DNA from: a virus
Lineage: Duplodnaviria; Caudoviricetes
Reading direction: 5' to 3' (one strand)
Length of the DNA stretch: 48,194 bases
Virus record (IMG/VR): IMGVR_UViG_3300022670_000218
Location: 1 to 48,194 of that record
Shown: piece by piece, positions 36,130-45,454 of the stretch
How the letters are laid out: every line of letters begins with the position of its first letter
Position numbering within the stretch: the first letter of the stretch is position 1
Program-made: the position numbers and the translations under genes
Notes under the pieces: generated by a model
What the model was told of the DNA's origin: nothing
The model's database searches: none
Seen by the model: only the letters and a program-made list of their open reading frames with translations

Positions 36130-36817
36130 AATACTTTTGTGCTCTATTTGGCATCCAATCATCATCTACATACTCAATGAATAGAGGCAAGAGACTATTT
36201 TTATACTGCCTAACCTCTGTCTCGAATCCATTTGGAAATATATGCAAGTACTTTTTATAATCTTCTGATATTTCAGGGTGTTCATCCCTCAGATACTTGG
36301 CGAATAGCTTGCCGACACTATTGTCCGGCCTTATCTCCTTACCGTCAAAGGCTTTTTCAGCTATTTCATGACCAACTCCCCAAAACCTGCCGTAAAGCCT
36401 AATATAAAGTTCGCTAATGACTGAGAAGTATCCTTTATCGGTACGATCCCAATTGTCATTAAATCGGACTACAAATTTATGGCTACCTGCAATGTATACG
36501 CCTTTCTTCCTGATGGATGGTATAACCTCTTTTGTGACCCATTTTCTGAATTGCTTGGCTTCAGGTTTATTGCTTGTGAATATTAATGAGTACAATCCGC
36601 TCTCTGAAACAATGGTTTTATTCTGGTTTCCGGAGGATGTCGGTAATAATGACACCCCCTTCTCATCATCATCTAAGCGGGTTACTGCCTGCCTTGAGTT
36701 CTTTATGTCTAGAACCTTACAAACCTCGTTTGCAACGAACCATATTTCTCCATCTATCTCTAATGTAGTCAGGTTGTCCATGTTCTCATATTTAAATATC
36801 TGCGTATTCATAGCCAT
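36074..36817 (-). CDS. Bro-N domain protein with BstA-like C-terminal domain
   Basis: Bro-N: WFVANEVCKVL..VSESGLYSLIFTSNKPEAKQFRKWVTKEVIPSIRKKG; C-terminus GYFSV..PDNSVG..Y.H.FP..KYF..RDP. Confidence 0.8.
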   Translation of the reverse strand: MAMNTQIFKYENMDNLTTLEIDGEIWFVANEVCKVLDIKNSRQAVTRLDDDEKGVSLLPTSSGNQNKTIVSESGLYSLIFTSNKPEAKQFRKWVTKEVIPSIRKKGVYIAGSHKFVVRFNDNWDRTDKGYFSVISELYIRLYGRFWGVGHEIAEKAFDGKEIRPDNSVGKLFAKYLRDEHPEISEDYKKYLHIFPNGFETEVRQYKNSLLPLFIEYVDDDWMPNRAQKYFKDRDPVALEYLPKLLEV

Positions 36818-36866
36818 TTTTTAAGCAATAATATAATCGTAAAAGTATAGTAAGGTAATCCCATAT

Positions 36867-37076
36867 TCAGTTGGTTAAATCGTTAATGTCAACATCCAGG
36901 TATTTGGCTATTTTTCCAAGTGTGGAAGTCCTTATATCTCTGTCAAGGGACAGGATGCGCCCTATATGTATACCGGTATCGTTGTAGAACGCATCCTGCT
37001 TAATTCCCTTTTGCTTCATTATAATTTTTATATTCCTCAAGACTATGAATAGCAAATCCCGGTCTCTGGTACACAT
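36867..37076 (-). CDS. XRE-family HTH regulator
   Basis: NIKIIMKQKGIKQ..TGIHIGRI..STLGKIAKYLDV. Confidence 0.75.
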   Translation of the reverse strand: MCTRDRDLLFIVLRNIKIIMKQKGIKQDAFYNDTGIHIGRILSLDRDIRTSTLGKIAKYLDVDINDLTN

Positions 37077-37110
37077 ATCTTACAAAATAACGACATAATT
37101 TTTAAATATG

Positions 37111-37176
37111 CAATGACCAATAGTTCATTTTTTTACATTATTTCAATGACCAATAGGTCATTATTGCGTATATTTG
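37111..37176. promoter_or_regulatory. two palindromic operators and a rightward promoter
   Basis: CAATGACCAATAG(T/G)TCATT at 37111 and 37144; TATATTTG at 37169. Confidence 0.7.
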
Positions 37177-37201
37177 ATGTACAACAACTAAAAAAACAGC
37201 T

Positions 37202-37708
37202 ATGAAACGACTATTAATACTGCTTGCACTGCCCTTGTTATTTGCATACAGTTGCTATGCTCAGGATGAAAAGGAAACTGATTGCGAATCTATCATCATC
37301 ATAGATTATGACAAGGTTACAGGTAAAACTTCTACCAGAACAAACACAATTGTAATTTCGAATAACGATAAGAAAATATATATGTGCGGATACAAGCATG
37401 GAAAAGTTCATAACTCTTTAGCTATAATAATAGATGGATTTCATTGCATAGATAATGATTCAAAAATAAATATCCTATTTAGAGACGGATCTAGGTCGGA
37501 AATGAAACATGACGGTAAATATAATTGTGATTCAAGATATTTGAAGCTATTTGGAGGAAACTTCGGATCTGAACCTGAGTTAAAAATGTTGTCAACTAAA
37601 GAGATAGAAATAATAAGGATATTGACTACTAAAACGCATTATGATATAGTTCTAATGAAGCAGGAAAGTGTTAAATTAATGCAATCTATGAACTGCATTA
37701 GTAATTAG
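37202..37708 (+). CDS. exported protein with signal peptide
   Basis: MKRLLILLALPLLFAYSCYA-QD, a Bacteroidota-type signal peptide followed by Gln. Confidence 0.7.
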   Translation: MKRLLILLALPLLFAYSCYAQDEKETDCESIIIIDYDKVTGKTSTRTNTIVISNNDKKIYMCGYKHGKVHNSLAIIIDGFHCIDNDSKINILFRDGSRSEMKHDGKYNCDSRYLKLFGGNFGSEPELKMLSTKEIEIIRILTTKTHYDIVLMKQESVKLMQSMNCISN

Positions 37709-37944
37709 AAACTCCCGCCCTTCTGTTGATTTTGCCGTGTCTCTCAAACTCTCTTTATTGTTCGTTCCTCACAATAATCGTTTTCAAGCCAGGACATCGG
37801 TGCCCCGTCTAATACGCAGACAAATCTTTGCATAGAATCCATGCTAATTGAACTTAATCCAATGCGCCCCAAAGTCATAACTTCAATTACCCCGGATATA
37901 TTGATTCCGACTACATAATGCAGTATTTTGATAAGTAGTTTATT

Positions 37945-38124
37945 ATGGGTAACTTGCATCAAATGAACTACAAAGAAGCATGTAAGCAACTGGACTCTTT
38001 TGTTGAGTGGTCAAGACAGGAAAGAGGGAGGATATACAAAGAGCATATTGACATTTTGTTGCCTCGCGTTGAGAAGTATTGGGGTAAAAATAGTGTTTAT
38101 GTTGCAAAGACAATTTGCGATTAA
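37945..38124 (+). CDS. 59-aa hypothetical protein (not in ORF track)
   Basis: MGNLHQMNYKEACKQLDSF... open to TAA at 38122-38124. Confidence 0.4.
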   Translation: MGNLHQMNYKEACKQLDSFVEWSRQERGRIYKEHIDILLPRVEKYWGKNSVYVAKTICD

Positions 38125-38190
38125 TGTCCTGTGTTATAGCTCTTATAATAGCAGGCATAATACTGATGAAAACGAGTAAACGAATGAAGG

Positions 38191-38364
38191 ATGAATAAAG
38201 GAGGATTTTCAGCAAAAAGGTTATACGACAAGTATTGGCAAGAGAAACTAAGTATATCCGGTATAAGAGGATCAGAAGCCGGAAAATCAGCTAGAAACAG
38301 GTTAATTGAATTAAACTCAAAGACATGTAAGCCTTGGACAGATAGTAAACCAACTGATTCGTAA
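38191..38364 (+). CDS. 57-aa hypothetical protein (not in ORF track)
   Basis: MNKGGFSAKRLYDKYWQEK... open to TAA at 38362-38364. Confidence 0.35.
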   Translation: MNKGGFSAKRLYDKYWQEKLSISGIRGSEAGKSARNRLIELNSKTCKPWTDSKPTDS

Positions 38365-38391
38365 TGGCTTATTCAGAGAAACAAAAGAGAA

Positions 38392-38718
38392 GTGATGGAA
38401 AACGACAATTATAAAAGACCAACTGAAACGCATTCAACTGATTACAAGGAAACATCAGGAAAACTGTGGGATTTACTAGATGATATAGACACGGCAAGCG
38501 ATATATTTAAACCAAGTGAAGCCAACGGCTTTGACTCGTTTAAAAAGTTCTATACATACGTAATGAATAAATCGGAAGAAAGGCATAAATACATGAAGTC
38601 AGACGGTTACGACCTATACAGTCTGGAGGAGTTTGATAAATTAACAAGAGATGATAATGGTAATTTGATTGCCAAGCAATTTGAAGGTGCCTCTCCTTTA
38701 ATGAAAAGGAACTGCTGA
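38392..38718 (+). CDS. hypothetical protein
   Basis: 108 aa, LWDLLDDIDTASDIFKP. Confidence 0.55.
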   Translation: MMENDNYKRPTETHSTDYKETSGKLWDLLDDIDTASDIFKPSEANGFDSFKKFYTYVMNKSEERHKYMKSDGYDLYSLEEFDKLTRDDNGNLIAKQFEGASPLMKRNC

Positions 38719-38719
38719 T

Positions 38720-38911
38720 ATGACTTGCCCAAATTGTAATATAAACACAGTGTTCACTCATCCTTTTATGAGAATGGATAAACCTGGACCTAAAGCAAAA
38801 GGCGTGTTTTGGTGCGAACCTTGCGTAAAAAAGACAGAACCTGAATTATATAAGAATCAAAAGGAAGATGAAACCCAAGTTGAGAAGGAATTAAAGGATA
38901 TTTGTTATTAG
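38720..38911 (+). CDS. small zinc-finger-like protein
   Basis: CPNC..WCEPC. Confidence 0.55.
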   Translation: MTCPNCNINTVFTHPFMRMDKPGPKAKGVFWCEPCVKKTEPELYKNQKEDETQVEKELKDICY

Positions 38912-39499
38912 ATGAGTGACTTAAAACCAGAGTGGAGAGTGTTTTCAGAGCAGTATGTGATAGACTGGAACGGCACCCGCGCGTACATGGTTGCTTATCC
39001 TAAATCAAGTTACGAAGCCGCTATGAGTAGCGCGTCTGATCTCCTAAGAAATCCTAAGATTCAGGACTACATCAAGGAAATACAGGAGGATTTAGGTAAA
39101 TTAGCCGGTGTTAGCGCACTGCGTAACATCTTAGAGCTTAAAAAACTTGCCTATACCAACCTGTCAGATTTCAAAGACGGGTGGCTAACACAGAAGGAAT
39201 TTGAAGAATTGGACGAATCAACATTAGCGGCATTATCTGAGATCCAATATACCACAAAGAAGATTGGGGAAATGACTGAGAACATAGTCAAATTTAAACT
39301 ACATGACAAGTTAAAGGCTATTGAAGGACTTAATAAAATGTTGGGTTACGATGCGCCTACGGTGAATATAAACGAGAATAAGAACACGGACAACGGTTAC
39401 ACCCCCGAATTAAAGGAGAAACACCAGAAACTTAAGGATAAGTTAAAGCAGGAGGCAAGAGAGGAGATTGAGAACGAAATGAAGGGTAAGAAGAAATGA
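38912..39499 (+). CDS. terS: terminase small subunit
   Basis: FSEQYVIDWNGTRAY..AY..A...ASDLLRNPKIQDYI; KLHDKLKAIE.L.KMLG. Confidence 0.88.
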   Translation: MSDLKPEWRVFSEQYVIDWNGTRAYMVAYPKSSYEAAMSSASDLLRNPKIQDYIKEIQEDLGKLAGVSALRNILELKKLAYTNLSDFKDGWLTQKEFEELDESTLAALSEIQYTTKKIGEMTENIVKFKLHDKLKAIEGLNKMLGYDAPTVNINENKNTDNGYTPELKEKHQKLKDKLKQEAREEIENEMKGKKK

Positions 39500-39720
39500 A
39501 GAGATTAATAAAGACCGGAACCGCATTGAAAAGCGATCTTAACATAATGCCTTTATCCCAGTTGGACGGGTGGATTCGCCACAACATAAGGAACGGTGCT
39601 ACTCATTTTATTCCTTATTTTACTGCTGAAAACAACGATTTCGAACTGATTGCGTATAAAGAAGTTGAACAAAATCAAGAATTTCTCGAGGTAAAAACAT
39701 CAAAAAACAGCCCTGAGTAA
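39496..39720 (+). CDS. hypothetical protein
   Basis: 74 aa, ATGA overlap with terS. Confidence 0.5.
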   Translation: MKRLIKTGTALKSDLNIMPLSQLDGWIRHNIRNGATHFIPYFTAENNDFELIAYKEVEQNQEFLEVKTSKNSPE

Positions 39721-39764
39721 CGAATCAACCGAAGGGGTACGAAAATAATTGAATATGATTAATT

Positions 39765-39974
39765 GTGGATAAGGGAAGACGCAACGAATTAAAGAACCTA
39801 AAATACATCAAGCGGTTAAAAGTTTTTGCAGGAATGGATGACAAGCTCACTACAGACCTTTTAAAAACCCGTTGGTACCTAATGTATAAATCAGACGCAA
39901 AGCCCTGTAGCTGTTACATGTGCAGTCTTTACAAGTATTCAAGGAAAACAAAACACAGATCCCTTGCATATTAA
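39765..39974 (+). CDS. hypothetical protein
   Basis: 69 aa, PCSCYMCS motif. Confidence 0.5.
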   Translation: MDKGRRNELKNLKYIKRLKVFAGMDDKLTTDLLKTRWYLMYKSDAKPCSCYMCSLYKYSRKTKHRSLAY

Positions 39975-40000
39975 GTAATAATTTGGTTAACTTTGAATAC

Positions 40001-40429
40001 ATGAAACGTTTTATATTTTTAATGGCGTTCTGCATACTGGGTATGTTGGTCGTTAAGGGGGTTGGGTCTACAGATGCCTCCGTATACAAATCTGGTGAAG
40101 ATGAAATTAAATGTGATTACTCTTGTGTTCAGGATGTAAAAGCAGTTGAGGTTGCTGTAATTTATCACAGCATGGTTAGCCCTGTTAGTGTTGATTGGAT
40201 ATTAACCGACAGCTATTTTTATGTCAGGAGTCCAATGAAAGAGTATGTTGCACGCGTAGCTGTTAATGACCGCTTTGTAAAAACTATACCGGATGGATTT
40301 ATAAAGCCTCCTAATTATACAAAGTACATTAATGATTATTCACCTACCAATAAGAGAACCAAGGAAGTTATTGCCGGAGGAAGCGGGGGAATGCCGTATG
40401 ACCAGTATAATCATTCGTACTCTTTATAG
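40001..40429 (+). CDS. exported or membrane-anchored protein with own promoter and terminator
   Basis: TAACTTTG at 39988 just before ATG 40001; MKRFIFLMAFCILGMLVV signal-like N-terminus. Confidence 0.55.
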   Translation: MKRFIFLMAFCILGMLVVKGVGSTDASVYKSGEDEIKCDYSCVQDVKAVEVAVIYHSMVSPVSVDWILTDSYFYVRSPMKEYVARVAVNDRFVKTIPDGFIKPPNYTKYINDYSPTNKRTKEVIAGGSGGMPYDQYNHSYSL

Positions 40430-40472
40430 AAAACAATCGCCTGGAGTCGAAGAAAAACATAATTAGATTGGG

Positions 40473-40502
40473 AAAGCCTTGCATTACGTGAGGCTTTTTT
40501 TT
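40473..40502 (+). terminator. intrinsic terminator
   Basis: AAAGCCTTGC-atta-CGTGAGGCTTTTTTTT. Confidence 0.75.
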
Positions 40503-40562
40503 GTTAGGAATGTTCTTAACTAATAATTATGTTATTCAGATAATTGTTATTATATTTACAGA

Positions 40563-41117
40563 ATGATATACATTATAGGGAACAAGCTTCTTGATGTTTG
40601 TAAAATTGGGTTTTCTGATAGGCCACAAACAAGAATCAAAAGTATACAAAGTGGTGTTCCATTTGACTTAGAAATACTATCTATTCAAGGAGGTGACAGG
40701 GACAAGGAAAAAGAACTACACACTTTATTGGAATCATGCAGAGTAAGAGGTGAATGGTTTTGCTTAAGTAGAGTTACTGAAAATCTACTGTACTTAGACG
40801 TTAATATGATTCCGTTTTTGTCTGGATTTCTCATCTCTAACAATTACGAATATATCTCATTATCTTCATTGATTAAATTGATTAACAAAGAGCGCGTTTT
40901 ACGTGGAGATCAGTTATTTAATATAAGCCTTTTCTTTAAAAGAGACGACATTGCTATTCTTAGTGAGGAAATGAATAAAAAGCGTATCAAGCCAATAATT
41001 GATAAGGGCTTTGGTAAGTGGATACATAAATATATTGTAATAGAAATATGTAGATCATCTGGAGCTAAGGAGAAATTAAGCGCATTAGAATTGTACTTTG
41101 AAGAAATCACAAGGTAA
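40563..41117 (+). CDS. GIY-YIG (T5orf172/MUG113-like) nuclease with KilA-N-like C-terminus
   Basis: IYII..KIGFS..P..RI..IQ.G.P..EKELH..RVRGEWF; C-terminal GFGKWIHKYI. Confidence 0.7.
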   Translation: MIYIIGNKLLDVCKIGFSDRPQTRIKSIQSGVPFDLEILSIQGGDRDKEKELHTLLESCRVRGEWFCLSRVTENLLYLDVNMIPFLSGFLISNNYEYISLSSLIKLINKERVLRGDQLFNISLFFKRDDIAILSEEMNKKRIKPIIDKGFGKWIHKYIVIEICRSSGAKEKLSALELYFEEITR

Positions 41118-41204
41118 ATCAATCAAAACTCTGTGCGTTGTATTGGATGACCCACGGGAGGCTGTAAGAATTGGAGTAAACGAGAACATTAAAAATTAGA
41201 AACA

Positions 41205-41387
41205 ATGGAAGCGATAATAATAATTTTATGGGTAGCTATAGGGTACATGTGTCAAATGATACTATGTGGAATTATCAACATATTCAACGGGTCTGAACCT
41301 CCTAATAGTGGAAAGGATTTGTTAAGGAAAACATTTCTGCCTTGGTTACTAATTAATCTGAAAGAAGCAAGAGGCGATGATTTTTAG
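41205..41387 (+). CDS. small membrane protein
   Basis: Hydrophobic N-terminal helix. Confidence 0.5.
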   Translation: MEAIIIILWVAIGYMCQMILCGIINIFNGSEPPNSGKDLLRKTFLPWLLINLKEARGDDF

Positions 41388-41409
41388 TATTAAAAGAGAT
41401 ATTTGAGTT

Positions 41410-41697
41410 ATGAACCACAAAAGAAGATTAGAAATAGACGAAATAATCAAGCCGTTGACAGAGGAGTTTAAAGCTAGTTCTCTGGTCGATGGTAAGTACG
41501 GTGTATTTTATATGAGCAACAGTCAGGATGAAGATGATTTCCACGTATCATTAGAATGCGAACGGGAGGCTTTTAAGAGAATGATGGCAACCCTTATGGA
41601 TATGGATGAAAAGATAGCAGAAGACATTCTTGAGGCGGCCAAAGCTTACTGTGAGCGTAGAATAGTTGTACCGGAATCAATGTTTAAAGACGATTAA
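41410..41697 (+). CDS. hypothetical protein
   Basis: 95 aa. Confidence 0.55.
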   Translation: MNHKRRLEIDEIIKPLTEEFKASSLVDGKYGVFYMSNSQDEDDFHVSLECEREAFKRMMATLMDMDEKIAEDILEAAKAYCERRIVVPESMFKDD

Positions 41698-41729
41698 CCC
41701 ATGAAACACCTAATCAAAGTAAAGCAACT

Positions 41730-42104
41730 ATGAAGAGTACGGAATTAAGAATAGGGAATAATGTTGATGTAACCATAGAAGAACTTTCTTTCACTGATGG
41801 TAAAATAACTAAATTGTGTGTTGAGCATGTTTATGTTAATGGTGTAAAAATGAGGTATGAACATTTACGACCTACAACGCTAATAAAGGAATGGTGGCCT
41901 AAATTTGGTTATGAATCAATACAGGAGTTTGCGTGTGATTTGTCCGAGAAAGCGGAAAACCATTTAGGAGTGGATATTGATTTTTACAATGAGTGTGGAA
42001 TCGACCTCATTGAGAGTCTACCAATTCATAAGATACAGAATTTATTTTATGAACTTACCGGAGAAGAATTAGCCCTAATTGATTTAAAGAACAAACAACT
42101 ATGA
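41730..42104 (+). CDS. hypothetical phage protein
   Basis: MKSTELRIGN..HKIQNLFYELTGEEL pattern. Confidence 0.6.
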   Translation: MKSTELRIGNNVDVTIEELSFTDGKITKLCVEHVYVNGVKMRYEHLRPTTLIKEWWPKFGYESIQEFACDLSEKAENHLGVDIDFYNECGIDLIESLPIHKIQNLFYELTGEELALIDLKNKQL

Positions 42105-42266
42105 AGAGATTAAGGAAAGAGTTAGAAACATATATGATTCTATACCTCCAATCGAAACCTAATACATATGAAAAACAAAGATGGGAAAGTGATATTAATA
42201 TGATTATTAAGGCAATAAATACGCTGAAAGAAACTGAACCTATTTGGAAACGATTATTTTAGAGCC

Positions 42267-43247
42267 ATGAACAGAACTGAAGAACAACACCAAGATAAAG
42301 ACCACAAATTCATTACCCCTGTTTCCATGCCGTGTACACAGGAGCAGTTTGAGAGAGACCTTAAAGGCCCGTTGGAGGAGATGGGGTATGATCTAGTGGG
42401 CTTAGAAGGTCAACCACAACGACAAACGGTAGTATTCGCTCACACTAAAATGGACATGCATGTAGTAGGATTATGTTATGTGAATTCTATAATGCATCAA
42501 TCAATTTCTATTTGTATTGATTTCAACCCTGAACACTTCCTTGCATTAGCCGCTAGGACTGATAATCCGGAAGGTATACCGGGGGAGTGGTGGAGAGACA
42601 TTACTAACGGTAGATTAACAAAAGGAGAAGCGAACGAATCACATGGGCCGTTCCATGTAAAAGCGACAGTCTCAGAGATTAACCGGCACTTTGAGGGCAT
42701 TGTTATGGATGACATAAACAGTAACCCTAGCGATACGCAAATTGAAAACGCTGAGTTTTGGTGTACCCACTGCATTGATGGTGTTATACCTGGCATAATA
42801 AGCACATTATGTCCTAAGTGTATACAAATAATAAATGAGCAAATATGTGACCTAGCCAAACCTCCGCTGAATATAAAAGGAACTTTCAATTCGTTAAATA
42901 CAGTTAAAGAAACCCCCGATCAGCTTTACAGGCTGAAGGATGAGATAGCTAAAACCTTATCAAACTGGCAAAACGTAGGAATGGTAATTGGTTTTGACCC
43001 AAATCATGAAGATTTAAAGTCAGTTTGGAATGATAAGGGCTATTCTGAAAAAGCTTTAGAAAAGGTAGAACCGGAGAAACAAATTAAATACGAGGTTCAT
43101 AGGGATGGGAAATTTTCATTGCTTAAAGTAAATTGCGGATGTAATCCGTGGGAAGAACAGGACCGCAAAGAGATAGAACACTTCATTAACGGTGAATATG
43201 ATCAGATTGATAAATTAAATACTTTTTTGAATGATAGTAGGCGATAA
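42267..43247 (+). CDS. hypothetical protein
   Basis: 326 aa with internal CxxC..CxxC. Confidence 0.6.
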   Translation: MNRTEEQHQDKDHKFITPVSMPCTQEQFERDLKGPLEEMGYDLVGLEGQPQRQTVVFAHTKMDMHVVGLCYVNSIMHQSISICIDFNPEHFLALAARTDNPEGIPGEWWRDITNGRLTKGEANESHGPFHVKATVSEINRHFEGIVMDDINSNPSDTQIENAEFWCTHCIDGVIPGIISTLCPKCIQIINEQICDLAKPPLNIKGTFNSLNTVKETPDQLYRLKDEIAKTLSNWQNVGMVIGFDPNHEDLKSVWNDKGYSEKALEKVEPEKQIKYEVHRDGKFSLLKVNCGCNPWEEQDRKEIEHFINGEYDQIDKLNTFLNDSRR

Positions 43248-43422
43248 GTATCTATGCATACAGGATTCCGGTGTAGGAACATTTATAAATGGAAATGTGT
43301 ATGCAGTCGAGTACGTCAAGAATGGCATACCGTATTTTAAACCGTCAAAACAAGTAAGGAAAGGACAGTTAAATTCAATGCCTTCAAATCATTTTGATAA
43401 GTTTTTCACAAGGTTGGAATAA
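43231..43422 (+). CDS. hypothetical protein
   Basis: 63 aa. Confidence 0.5.
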   Translation: MIVGDKYLCIQDSGVGTFINGNVYAVEYVKNGIPYFKPSKQVRKGQLNSMPSNHFDKFFTRLE

Positions 43423-43431
43423 AAACGAGAC

Positions 43432-43647
43432 ATGAACTACACTGAAATACAAATAACCCGCATACTAAGGGAGCGTGATGAATTGCTTAATCTTTACATA
43501 GATGCAGGAGAGGAGCCAATGAAAGTAAAACGCCTGATCAGATGGAACATACTTGAATTCGCGCTATGGTGGTATGACTTTGAAAGAATATGGGTTCCGT
43601 TTGTGGAAAGAAAAATAAAGTCAATAAATGACAGATTCGGAAATTAA
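43432..43647 (+). CDS. hypothetical protein
   Basis: 71 aa. Confidence 0.45.
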   Translation: MNYTEIQITRILRERDELLNLYIDAGEEPMKVKRLIRWNILEFALWWYDFERIWVPFVERKIKSINDRFGN

Positions 43648-45109
43648 TGAACTCAACAGGCTTGAGGAACTAAAATTAGTGCATGATTCAGGCAAGGCTC
43701 TTTATACTTTTGCGCAATACACCTATTCTAAATTCAAACAAACTCATTTTCACGAAACCTATTATAATATACTAAATCTATTCGCTCATGAGAAAATCAA
43801 AAACCTAATAATTAACGTTCCTACCCAACACGGAAAAAGCTTGGGAAGTTCTCAAAACCTGCCTGCATTTATAGCGGGTATACGTCCTGATGCCAAGATA
43901 GCTTTAATATCATACGCCTCTACCAAAGCCCGTTCATTCGGTCGTAAGATCATGGGATTAATGCGGGAGGATAAATATAAACAGATATTTCCGGACGTAA
44001 GCTATCCAGAGCGGGGATATACTGGAGTAGAATCCAATACAGGTGAATTAAGGGAGTCTATAAATTCAGAGGGCAGTATGAAATTTATAGGCATTGAAGG
44101 TCCGTTAATAGGTGATCCTGTTGATATATTACTCATGGATGACCTGTATAAAGGGTGGAAAGAAGCGAATAGCCCTACTATACAAAAGTCAGCAATAGAC
44201 TGGTATGTTTCAGTTGCAGATTCGAGATTACACAATGACAGCCAACAGCTATGTGTTTTCACAAGATGGTCGGAAAATGATTTAGTAGCCTTTTTGGAAT
44301 CACTTGGATTAGTAGTAAACTTAGATTTCGATGGAGACATAGAAGAACAAATAAGAAACTTAGATGATGACCAATGGTTAAAAGTTAATTTTCCGGCATT
44401 AAAAGTAGGAATACCTACTAAGTTGGATCCAAGAGAGGAGGGAGAACCCTTGTTCCCCTGGAGACATTCCAAAAAGAAGTTGGAAGCAAGCAGGGCTAAA
44501 GATTGGAATAAATTCCAGTGCATGCAACAGGGAGACCCGCAGGATAAGAAAGGCAGGTTGTACAAGGATTTTAAGACATACCCAAATTTACCGGAAGCCA
44601 TAGGAGAAAGAAAAAACTGTACAGACGTGGCAGACGGAGGAGGTGATTTTGTGTGTTCAATAAATTACGTAAGATCTGTTAATTACCAAGACAACCTAAA
44701 GTATGTAATCAATGTTTATTTTTCAAAAGACGGAAGCGAAGATACTGAACCAGAAGTAGCTAAACTACTAATAAAGGATGATATACGTTACAGCCGCATG
44801 GAAAGCAACAGCGGAGGCAGGGCGTTTGCAAGAAATGTACAAAAAATAGCAAAGAGGTGCGATATAGATCCAAGACACAGAACTGAAAATAAACAATCTA
44901 GAATAATAACCAATGCTCCTAACGTTAACAATGAAGTGGTATTTCCTTCTAACTGGCATATTATTTGGCCTGAATTCTACGATCATGTAATTAGGTTCAA
45001 AAGGGATTTTAAACAGAATGAAAATGATGACGGGGCAGACGCATTAACTGATATTATCTTGGTGGAAGAAGAGGATAATTGGGAAGGTGTTGAGACTGAG
45101 ATTAATTGA
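43628..45109 (+). CDS. terL: terminase large subunit
   Basis: Walker A-like INVPTQHGKS, Walker B LLMDD, TRW..DL, QQGDP; nuclease DVADGGGD, ESN.GG, DDGADALT. Confidence 0.92.
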   Translation: MTDSEINELNRLEELKLVHDSGKALYTFAQYTYSKFKQTHFHETYYNILNLFAHEKIKNLIINVPTQHGKSLGSSQNLPAFIAGIRPDAKIALISYASTKARSFGRKIMGLMREDKYKQIFPDVSYPERGYTGVESNTGELRESINSEGSMKFIGIEGPLIGDPVDILLMDDLYKGWKEANSPTIQKSAIDWYVSVADSRLHNDSQQLCVFTRWSENDLVAFLESLGLVVNLDFDGDIEEQIRNLDDDQWLKVNFPALKVGIPTKLDPREEGEPLFPWRHSKKKLEASRAKDWNKFQCMQQGDPQDKKGRLYKDFKTYPNLPEAIGERKNCTDVADGGGDFVCSINYVRSVNYQDNLKYVINVYFSKDGSEDTEPEVAKLLIKDDIRYSRMESNSGGRAFARNVQKIAKRCDIDPRHRTENKQSRIITNAPNVNNEVVFPSNWHIIWPEFYDHVIRFKRDFKQNENDDGADALTDIILVEEEDNWEGVETEIN

Positions 45110-45152
45110 TTATATTTGAATATGAATGAATTACACGTTAAATTATTAGGAT

Positions 45153-45356
45153 ATGGGAAAATCAATTAAATATGAAAGCAAACAATTATTTGTAATTGAC
45201 TGCATAAAGTGCAGTAAAAACTGTATGCACTTCCATAAAGACATTGTTTATACTAATATAAAAGAAGCTAATAAAGAATTAAAAAACCTTCCTAAACATG
45301 CTAAAGTGATAACACTTGAAGAAATGATTTCAGATATTTCCGACACTTATTATTGA
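45153..45356 (+). CDS. hypothetical protein
   Basis: 67 aa between terL and portal, TATATTTG box upstream. Confidence 0.4.
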   Translation: MGKSIKYESKQLFVIDCIKCSKNCMHFHKDIVYTNIKEANKELKNLPKHAKVITLEEMISDISDTYY

Positions 45357-45374
45357 AATAAAATCACAAAAATC

Positions 45375-45407
45375 TTTGATTAATTAAAAATATTTTATAT
45401 ATATTTG
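45375..45407 (+). promoter_or_regulatory. consensus promoter for portal/head operon
   Basis: TTTG (45375) N21 TATATTTG (45400). Confidence 0.65.
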
Positions 45408-45454
45408 CAATATAGTACGCTGTAAAAAGACTTACACAATACTTCATAAATTCA

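Noticed and set aside
44002-44601. 199-aa minus-strand ORF and other minus-strand ORFs in the track
   Set aside because: Shadows of well-supported + strand genes; only 36074-36817 and 36867-37076 have recognisable domains
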